A DNA stretch of 20,000 bases from Neocallimastix sp. 'constans' (Eukaryota). The stretch spans positions 1,549,112-1,569,111 of the forward strand of contig JBODTK010000012.1 of the NCBI GenBank assembly GCA_050613775.1, written 5' to 3'. A program made the position numbers and the translations under genes. Numbering within the stretch: position 1 is the stretch's first letter; every line of letters starts with the position of its first letter. The notes under the pieces were generated by a model, which saw only the letters and a list, made by a program, of their open reading frames with translations, had not been told where the DNA came from and did not search any database. Positions 10,336 to 20,000 of the stretch are shown piece after piece.

Positions 10336-11303
10336 TTTATTTTATTTTATTTTATTTTATTTTATTTTATTTTATTTTATTTTATTTTATTTTATTTTAT
10401 TTTATTTTATTTTATTTTATTTTATTTTATTTTATTTTATTTTATTTTATTTTATTTTATTTTATTTTATTTTATTTTATTTTATTTTATTTTATTTTAT
10501 TTTATTTTATTTTATTTTATTTTATTTTATTTTATTTTATTTTATTTTATTTTATTTTATTTTATTTTATTTTATTCAATCTGTACTTCATATTCATATT
10601 CTACTATTTATTTTATTTTATTTTATTTTATTTTATTTTATTTTATTTTATTTTATTTTATTTTATTTTATTTTATTTTATTTTATTTTATTCAATCTGT
10701 ACTTCATATTCATATTCTACTATTTATTTTATTTTATTTTATTTTATTTTATTTTATTTTATTTTATTTTATTTTATTTTATTTTATTTTATTTTATTTT
10801 ATTTTATTCAATCTGTACTTCATATTCATATTCTACTATTTATTTTATTTTATTTTATTTTATTTTATTTTATTTTATTTTATTTTATTTTATTTTATTT
10901 TATTTTATTTTATTTTATTTTATTTTATTTTATTTTATTTTATTTTATTTTATTTTATTTTATTTTATTTTATTCAATCTGTACTTTATATTTATATTTC
11001 AACTATTTATTTTATTTTATTTTATTTTATTTTATTTTATTTTATTTTATTTTATTTTATTTTATTTTATTTTATTTTATTTTATTTTATTTTATTTTAT
11101 TCAATCTGTACTTTATATTTATATTTCAACTATTTATTTTATTTTATTTTATTTTATTTTATTTTATTTTATTTTATTTTATTTTATTTTATTTTATTTT
11201 ATTTTATTTTATTTTATTTTATTCAATCTGTACTTTATATTTATATTTCAACTATTTATTTTATTTTATTTCATTTCATTTCATTTTATTTTATTTTATT
11301 TTA
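10336..11303 (+). repeat. Compound satellite: (TTTTA)n runs punctuated by six copies of a 30-31-bp unit
   Basis: CAATCTGTACTTCATATTCATATTCTACTA at 10577, 10693 and 10809; variant CAATCTGTACTTTATATTTATATTTCAACTA at 10975, 11102 and 11224. The intervening sequence is pure TTTTA. Confidence 0.95.
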
Positions 11304-11537
11304 TTTTTCTTAATTATTTTAATTGTAAAAAATGTTTAAATTTTTTTATTTTTATATATTTATTATTCAAACAATTAAAATTACAATTAGTAATTTATTT
11401 ATTTATTTATTTATTTATTTATTTTTTGTAACCAATTCAACCCTTATATATATTAATATTATAATTATTTTATTTAAAATTAAATTTAAAATATTTCATC
11501 TTCTTTAGATTGTTTGATATCAACATATGTAAAGGTC

Positions 11538-11999
11538 TTTTTTTTTTTTTTTTTATATATTATTATTATTATTTTATTTTATTTTATTTTATTTTATTTT
11601 TTATTTTTCATTATTTATTTTTTATTTTTTATTTTTTATTTTTTATTTTTTATATTTAATTTTTTATGTTTTATGTTTTATGTTTTATATTTTTTATTTT
11701 ATATTTTTTATTTTATATTTTATATTTTATATTTTATATTTTTTATTTTATATTTTAAATTTTTATTTTTTATTTTTTATTTTTAATTTTTTATTTTTTA
11801 TTTTTTATTTTTTATTTTTTATTTTTTATTTTTTATTTTTTATTTTTTATTTTTTATTTTTTATTTTTTATTTTTTATTTTTTATTTTTTATTTTTTATT
11901 TTTTATTTTTTATTTTTTATTTTTTATTTTTTATTTTTTATTTTTTATTTTTTATTTTTTATTTTTTATTTTTTATTTTTTATTTTTTATTTTTTATTT

Positions 12000-12036
<37 letters not shown>

Positions 12037-12360
12037 ATTTTTTATTTTTTATTTTTTATTTTTTATTTTTTATTTTTAATTTTTTATTTTTTTATATTTA
12101 ATTTTTTATGTTTTATGTTTTATGTTTTATATTTTATATTTATACTTTTTATTTTATATTTTTTATTTTATATTTTATATTTTTATTTTATATTTTATAT
12201 TTTTTATTTTATATTTTTTATTTTATATTTTATATTTTTTATTTTATATTTTATATTTTATATTTTATATTTTATATTTTTTATTTTTATTTTTATTTTT
12301 TATTTTTTATTTTTTATTTTTTATTTTTTATTTTATTTTTTATTTTTATTTTTTTGTTTT
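11538..12360 (+). repeat. T-rich heptamer satellite (TTTTTTA)n with TTTTATA/TTTTATG variants
   Basis: Near-pure TTTTTTA from ~11790 to 12070, flanked by degenerate blocks. It explains the F/Y/I/L ORFs at 11514-12450. Confidence 0.9.
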
Positions 12361-12684
12361 AGCAATAATTCATTTTATTTAATACTATCCATTGTTTGTC
12401 AAAAATTTAACAAGTATATGAATAAAACAAAATTATATATACCCATTTAATGAAATAATTTAAATTAATTTAAATGTATTAAGAAATAAATATAATATAT
12501 GATGTGTAACAGTAAAATATTATTTATTATTTATACACGAAGGTATTGTACATTTGACGAACTACGTTAGGTAAGTATTGCACCTACTGAGAAGTTACTA
12601 AGGTACGATAAATGGTTAAGACTATTTGAGATTATTATATTTAGTACTTTATAAAAAGAATTTTTTTAAATAAGAAAGTACTTT

Positions 12685-12882
<198 letters not shown>

Positions 12883-12899
12883 TTTGTTTCTCATTCCAT

Positions 12900-13661
12900 T
12901 TTAAACTTTTTCCTCTTTTTTATAAGTTCTGTTCTGTGAGTAGTTAAACTTTAATTTTAAATTTATATAAATCTTTTGTAAGAATTTACTAAATCCAAAA
13001 ATTATTCCTTCATTTTAGTATTCTTTATAGTATTATTAAAAGAATTATTATTATTATTATTATTTATAATTATTATTTTTATAATAATAAAATTATGATC
13101 TTAGAATATTTTTATTTTCAAGGATATATATATTTTTTGGACTAAGATGATAATATATTTCTCTTGCTAAATAAAATACATATTAAATAAAAATATATTA
13201 CTTAAATTAATTACTTTTTTTTAAAAAAGAAATTTCAAGAAAATTAACATACTATAATATTTTTCTTTTAGTTATTAATTACAAAATTCAAATTAAAAAA
13301 TTCATTAGAAATATTATTTGTAACTAATTGGGAAGATACATTATTTTGTTTATTGATAATTGATAGAACTTCCTGTCAAATAATTCTTTTGGATCATTAA
13401 GACCATTAATATTCTATATTTGAGGTTTTTTGTTATTACTTTTTAAAAGCAGCCACAGATATGTATTTTAAACTGTAATCAATAATATTAGAAAACTAAT
13501 ATAGTTCTATCCAATGTAAAAAAGAGAGAGGTGTAATGTTAATATGTTAAGTCTTTTAATTTAAAGTAAAATATATTGTCAATACAAGAAAATTTAAAAC
13601 TTTTAACTTAAGTTTTATCATCTAACCAAATTTGTGTATAGATTTTATGAATAATAAACTT
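12900..13661 (-). pseudogene. Heavily decayed intronless ORF, weakly BRO-N-like
   Basis: Minus-strand pieces: KFIIHKIYTQIWLDDKT*VKSFKFSCIDNIFYFKLKDLT / NITPLSFLHWIELY*FSNIIDYSLKYISVAAFKK**QKTSNIEY*WS**SKRII*QEVLSIINKQNNVSSQLV / YLAREIYYHLSPKNIYILENK / FLDLVNSYKRFYINLKLKFNYSQNRTYKKEEKV. Sequence complexity is higher than in the flanks. The family call is speculative. Confidence 0.3.
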
Positions 13662-13889
13662 TTATTACTACATATATAAATTACAAAAATATCAACTTTA
13701 ATTATATCAGTAATGGATGTATATTAAAATTAAATTATGATATAATAATATTACAAAATAAATTAAAAGATTGTATTTTACATATTATTATTTTTTTTAT
13801 TAAGACTTGGTATAAACTTAATTTAATAATATTTATTAAAAAAAGATATATAATAATAAAATACATGAAATTTTTATATTAATACTAAA

Positions 13890-14720
13890 AACTACGTTAT
13901 GAGTTTCGAGGATGAAATAGTTTCTAACTTTTCCCATTTATTAATGATAATTCCATGTGTATAAAAATTATTATTCAGTTATGTATCAGATATCTTCTTT
14001 GCTTTGCCGCTTCAGCATTGACGCTCTTGAAAATAGTAGTAAATGGTATATAAATTAATCATAGTATAAAAATCACTAATCCCAATAGAAATAACATTAG
14101 TAAGGAATTCCGCAGGCCTCACAAAATATGAAATCCTGAAAAGAAGACTTACTTGAAGGCAATTGAAAGATATTATTAATAAAACATCTTATTTCCTCCC
14201 GAAATAGATCTTTAAGATTTCATATATTGCATTTCTGCCAAGAAGGAAACATCGTAAATAAAAATTAATATTATCATCAAATCCTTCCTTTTATCTTCAA
14301 ATATTTCTCATGAACGATCAAAAAAAAATTAATAAAAATATCATTAACAAATTGAATGAATTTTTGACTAAATTCTTCAAATTTAGGACATAAAATTATT
14401 TATTGTGTAAAATTATGTATGCTGTTACTTTCACTACAATAAGGACAGCATGTTGGGCAATCTTTATTACCAATTTTACTTTTTATATAAGGTTTCTTTT
14501 CAAATTTGAATTCATATTTAATTCATCCAATCCAAAAAAAAAATCCAAGAGAAAATTATGAATATTTTAGTGATAGACTTTAAATAAATTTTTTAATACC
14601 AAATTTAAACTTCTTGTATTTAATTGATCTAATCGTAGGAGTACCTGTACAATAAATATTTTCCCAATAAAACTTCTGTATTTCTCCAAGAAGTTTATTA
14701 CTGAGTTTCCATATCAATAA
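13890..14720 (-). mobile_element. Degenerate, 5'-truncated non-LTR retrotransposon (LINE): ORF2 C-terminus with Cys/His zinc knuckle and putative 3' UTR
   Basis: Minus-strand translation: ...IQKFYWENIY...FSLGFFFWIG*IKYEFKFEKKPYIKSKIGNKDCPTCCPYCSESNSIHNFTQ*IILCPKFEEFSQKF (knuckle at 14459-14388, matching CPxC...HxxxxCPxF after the RT domain). Frameshifted pieces CFLLGRNA, YFVRPAEFLTNVISI and KSVNAEAAKQRR follow, with a stop at ~13975. Multiple stops and frameshifts; boundaries approximate. Confidence 0.7.
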
Positions 14721-15889
14721 AATTTCACATTATGGTTACAGATTATATGCATTGGTACATGATAATTAATGGGAATTTATTGAAAGGATTATTAAGAAGT
14801 ATTGAAGATGAAGGTAATAGTAGTAGTCAATGGAATATTTATCATATAAAAAAAAGTAAAAAAAAGGCTTTCATTAGGTACAATTGATCATAATAATAAA
14901 TTAAAAGAATATAATAGAAAAGTTAATAGAAAGTCAGGAATTCTATTTACCGAGAAAAAATTTTTTAATTAGTATATAATCATTATAATTCTTCATCGAA
15001 AATATCTATTTAATACCTATAAAAATACAAAAAATAAGATTATATAAAAATAAAAGCATAAAAAATATTTGGGATATTATATTTTAAATTATTTTGTATG
15101 GAATTTCTGATATAAAGTCTCCTCGATTATTGTGGTTTATATTTATATATATGTGCTTGATATGTATAAATACTCGTTAAAATAATTATACTTTAAATAA
15201 TGTGTTTTGTTGCTTACAAAGAATCATTATCAAATATATGATTGCTTAAATCTTCGTAATATATATTATTAAACTGTGTTTTATATATTCATAGAGTGGA
15301 AATAGTTTATCACATAGTATATTCCTTCATGTATAGATATATAACATTACTAATAGCCAAAAGTTTATTTATTAAAATATCAAATTATAATTTCAATTAA
15401 GAGTCTCATAATGAAGATATATAATATACAATTTTCTTTTTAATATGTTTAAGAGTGTTTTTCTCTATTAAATTAATATTTTTATATTTTTTGAGATTTA
15501 TTTAACTTTTAATAACATCCTTTTATCAACTATTTTTATATTTTATGTGCTTCTTCAATTTTGCAATCTTGAACATTTTGATTAGTTTTATTAGTCTTCC
15601 TTAAATTGACATAATGAACAGCTTATATCATAATTTAAAATTCAATTTATTTTTCTTTAATATAATATTGTTTCCGGCAAAATATTCTTTTGCTTGGAAT
15701 CTCTTTAAGAGTTCGATAAGAATTTTATTCTGTTAAGAGTCAGGAATTTATGGTTTATAATTATGTGTCAACTTTATTAATATAATTTATGTTAGAGTTA
15801 TTAGCACTAATAATTCTAAATTAAATACTTTTATATTAATACATTGTGGCTTTAATATTTTTATATCATTTATATTACAATACATTTGA

Positions 15890-16376
15890 GGGGAGTGCGC
15901 TATTCGAAAATTTGGGGTGCATTTCGAAAATTTTTATTACAAAAATTTGTATTTTGTTGTATGGCTTAAATATTATTAATTTTAAGCCACTTAATTTTAA
16001 TAAAAATTTAATGAATAATAATTAATTAATTAATTAATTAATTAAAAATTACAATTACGTATGTAATTCTGTTGATTATATAAACAAGGTATTAATAATA
16101 ATTAATAATATTTAAAATAAAATAAAAAAAATATAATAATTATTTTATATATACAGTAATTATATATATATATATTTTTTTTTATTTAATTTTCTAAAAA
16201 AAATTTTTTTAGTCATAATAAACGTTTGTCTTAATTATTTTTATTATCATTTAAAAATTTATTTATTCATTTATAATTTATTTATTAATTTATTTATTTT
16301 TACATTATAATACGCCATGTTTTCCGAAATGCACTACAACAAAATACAAAATTTTGTAATAAAAATTTTCGAAATG
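15890..16376. mobile_element. Non-autonomous DNA transposon (MITE), ~490 bp, with 42-bp inverted repeats and 8-bp TSD
   Basis: 15920-15961 CATTTCGAAAATTTTTATTACAAAAATTTGTATTTTGTTGTA is the reverse complement of 16335-16376 (41/42 match). Direct repeat ACATTTGA at 15882-15889 and 16377-16384. The interior is AT-rich and non-coding. Confidence 0.8.
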
Positions 16377-16934
16377 ACATTTGAAGCTTATTATTTATAC
16401 ATTTCCCATATTCTAACAAATATTAAATATTAAATATTAAAAGAAAAAGTTAAATTTATAATTATTAAAGTTTATTTGATATAAATAAAAATACAAATTT
16501 TATTATTATTATATATATATATATTTTTATTCTAATTGAATTGTGTATTATTAAAATAATACAGAATATATAAAGAAAAAAAAAATTTATGTTGAATTCT
16601 AATGAAAATATCTATGATTATCAATATAAAATAATTTAAAGAAGGTATTTTTTAATTAATTTTTATAATTATAATATCTAATATATATTTATAATTATTA
16701 TTTAATTAAACTAATATTGTTTCAGTTTTTCTTTTTATTTTTTTCTTTCTACTATTTAATATTGATATTAGAAATTTATTTTTTATTTTAATTTAAGAGT
16801 TATAATTATCATTTTTGTTTTCTTATTTATGAAAAAAAAAAAAAAGAAATATTATAAATTAAAAATTAGTAATAATTTTTTATATTTCATTTTTTATTTT
16901 AAATACAGTATATATAATTAAAAAAATACTTTTA

Positions 16935-17004
16935 ATTAAAAAGTTTGAATAATTTTTTTTTAGTTATTTATTAAAAAGTTTGAATAATTTTTTTTTAGTT
17001 ATTT
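16935..17004 (+). repeat. Perfect 35-bp tandem duplication
   Basis: ATTAAAAAGTTTGAATAATTTTTTTTTAGTTATTT at 16935-16969 and 16970-17004. Confidence 0.85.
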
Positions 17005-17411
17005 ATTATAAGTTTTCTTTTTTTACTTTTAATATATTTATTTAAATTTTAAATTTTATAAACGTAATTATTAAAAAATGAATATTAAGTTATAATTTAA
17101 AAACAATAATATTACTAATAATAATCATAATAATTATAATCATAATAATAATAACGATTTTATTATTAAATATTTTATCAAAATTACAAATATAATATAT
17201 TTAATAATAGCTAATGATAATTTTTATTTTTATTCTTTAAATTTTAATTATTTTTAAATGAAGATATATTTGATTATATATAAAAAAATTGTTTAATTAT
17301 AGATTTTAGAAGTTCATTTTTAATACATATAATACATAATAAATGAAATATTTTCATATATTAATGTTAACACGTGTTTTAAGAACTTTTAACATATCTC
17401 TTGGAATGGCC

Positions 17412-17443
<32 letters not shown>

Positions 17444-18720
17444 TTAAAAAAAAAATAAAAATAAAAATATTAATTAATAAAAAATATTTAATTAATAAAT
17501 TTTAAATATTAAATTAAATTGATTGATGGTCCATTTAATTGATTAAACAAAAATAGAAATTCAATATACCGTTATTACTAATTTTTATTATATTAGTATT
17601 AATCATTAATGTTTACTGGTTTATTTTTTAATAAATATAATAATAATTAATATTTATATCATAAAATATATAATTGTATAATTATTAATTTAAATTTTCT
17701 TTTTTATAGTTATTATATTTGTTTAATGATATCTATAAAATAGACCGTTTATATATATTACAGAAAGAAATAATTTTTTTTTTTATTTCAAAAAATTAAA
17801 AAAATAATTATTTTAATTAATTTTAATTAGTTTTTTTTTTTTTTTTTTTTTTTTTTTCTAATAAAAATTCAAATTTTTAAATTAAATAATAATTATATAT
17901 ATAAAAAAAAGGAAATATTGCACATTTAATACAACTTTTAGTTTTAATTGTAATATATAATATTAAATTACTTTAAACAAATGGTTTTTCTTCTTCTACT
18001 ACTTATATCAATAAACTAATTATACCGTTTTAATATTCATTTTATTACTGTTTCATAATTATTTTTTTTTTTTTTTTTGATATTAGTAGTAATTTTTATT
18101 ATCTAATAATAATTCATATATTTATTTATATTTAACATAACATATTATTAATAATTAATATATTTAAAATTTATTTATTTAAAAAAAAAATACAATTTAT
18201 ATTATCTTTATTTATTATTATATTTGTTATATAGAACTTATTAATATATATATTTTAAATAACTATTTTGAAAAAAAAAAATTATTAATAAAAATAAATA
18301 TTAATGAAACATTAATATTTTAATTAATGTATAATTCGTTATAAACAAAGAATACCTTTTTAATCCTTTTTTTAATAGTGATTATTTATTAATTAATATT
18401 TTTATATATATTTAAAAAAATTAACAGTTGTGCTAATAATTTTGTATTTTTATAGATTAATTTTTTTTCTTTAATTATTATTTATTATAGTAATTTTTTT
18501 TATAAAATATAATATTGAGAGTAATGGCTTTAATAAAGGCTTAATAATTATTATTTATTAGTAAAAAATTATAATAATATATAATGAATAATTAATTAAA
18601 ATTATATAAATTTAATAGATGTCATAATACATTTATAGAATAATAAATAAATAAATATCAAAAATACATTTGATAATAAATTTAATAGTGAAATAATAAT
18701 AATAAATTAATTATTAATAT

Positions 18721-18818
18721 ATATTAATAATTTTAATATATTATTAATATATAAATTATATATATTAATAATTTTAATATATTATTAATATATAAATTAT
18801 ATATATTAATAATTTTAA
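18721..18818 (+). repeat. 41-bp pure-AT tandem repeat, ~2.4 copies
   Basis: ATATTAATAATTTTAATATATTATTAATATATAAATTATAT at 18721 and 18762, with a partial copy at 18803. Confidence 0.75.
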
Positions 18819-19112
18819 ATATAAATTAAAAATTTTATTAATAAAAATTTACAAAAAATAATTATAAATAAAATATATAAAAGATAAAAATTATAATATC
18901 GAATGTAATAATAATAATAATTTTTAAAAAAAGATAATAATAAAATAAAATAATAAAATAATAAAATTAATAAAATAATATATAAAAGAATAATAATAAA
19001 TTATAATAGTAATAATAACAATAATATAATAATTAATAATAATACTTTAATATATTTTAACATCATTAATAATTAATTTATAAAAGAAAAATAATTAATA
19101 AAACAAATAAAC

Positions 19113-19143
<31 letters not shown>

Positions 19144-20000
19144 AAAAATATTTATTAAAAGATAATATAATTTATAAATATTATTATATTATTAATATTA
19201 ATATTAAATTTATTAATACTTATATTTAATTTATTATAAAGTAATATCTAATAATTTGTTTTTTTAATTTATCATAAATAATAACTAATAATTTGCTTAT
19301 AATTTATCATTTTATCATAAAGTAATAACTAATAATTTGCTTTAATATAACTTATTAAATTAAATTACCTATTTTAAGATAATGTATAATTTATAACAAT
19401 ATTAGAATCATAATAAATCTTTTTCTACTTATTTTATTGTTATTCCTTTGTTTAGAAAGAAGTAATGATAAAGTTTATAATATTTATTATTAATAAAAAA
19501 AAAAAAAAAACATAAACTAATATGGTTTAAATTTTAATTTAATACTTAAAGATAATAAAACCGTACATATAATTTTGTTTTAATATAATCAAAATTGTTT
19601 CTTAATTTTTTTAATAATATTATTAAGAAGAAAAAAAAAAAAAAAAATAAAAAATATCAACATTAAATGATTATTATATAATATAATCAATTGTCATATA
19701 TAATTGTTAATATTGATAAATTTAATTTCTATTATGTAAATAGTAAACCTCTGTATATACTAGAATAGTGCAGTCAAAATATATAAAGTAAAATAATTTT
19801 TGTATTTGATTTTTCAAATATTTAATTTCTTTCTCATGATTACTTACAAAGAACATTATTATAATGAAAAAAAACAAAATTTATACAGTAAATTAAGATT
19901 TTTTATGATATTAAATTTTATATTTAATTATTAATTATTACTTTTTTATTATTAAATTTTATGCTTCATTATCAATTATTTTTTTATTATGAAGATTTTT

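Noticed and set aside
10577..11254. CRISPR array
   Set aside because: The spacers are pure (TTTTA)n with no unique sequence, the repeats are not palindromic, there are no cas genes, and the context is eukaryotic.
11514..12450. F/Y/I/L-rich ORFs that look like membrane proteins
   Set aside because: They are translations of the TTTTTTA satellite, which is stop-free in all three + frames.
12535..12632. Intact U1 snRNA gene
   Set aside because: The 5' ATACTTACCT lies on the opposite strand to the loop I/II-like words, and no Sm site or stem IV is seen.
13385..13415. NINGLNDPKE as a LINE endonuclease N-terminal motif
   Set aside because: None of the later APE motifs follow, and it lies downstream of the LINE 3' end.
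17340..18450. Possible multi-exon gene on the minus strand (e.g. AIPRDMLKVLKTRVN) and the E-box palindrome AACACGTGTT at 17369
   Set aside because: No consistent GT-AG exon chain or recognisable protein could be assembled, and no gene can be tied to the E-box.

Overview
Very AT-rich eukaryotic genomic DNA, with spliceosomal GT-AG introns and poly-Asn coding tracts. The style fits an anaerobic gut fungus (Neocallimastigomycota); this is an inference. Two intact intron-containing genes lie on the + strand: a 7-exon LYAR-type zinc-finger nucleolar protein (2440-4137, ~209 aa) and a 3-exon ~1300-aa Asn-rich protein of unknown family (5920-10141). The first 1.7 kb holds decayed, intronless, closely packed ORFs that the ORF track misses or splits: a stand-alone TFIIS zinc-ribbon pseudogene (368-649, -) built like the short TFIIS of large DNA viruses, and a probable cyclin-fold pseudogene (1066-1680, +). 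Together they suggest a relic endogenous large DNA virus. After gene 2 come ~2.5 kb of T-skewed satellites, including a 6-unit array separated by (TTTTA)n runs. Then come further decayed ORFs (one possibly BRO-N-like), the 3' part of a degenerate LINE, a MITE with TIRs and an 8-bp TSD, and low-complexity DNA to the end. Most short ORFs in the supplied track are artefacts of repeats or introns.
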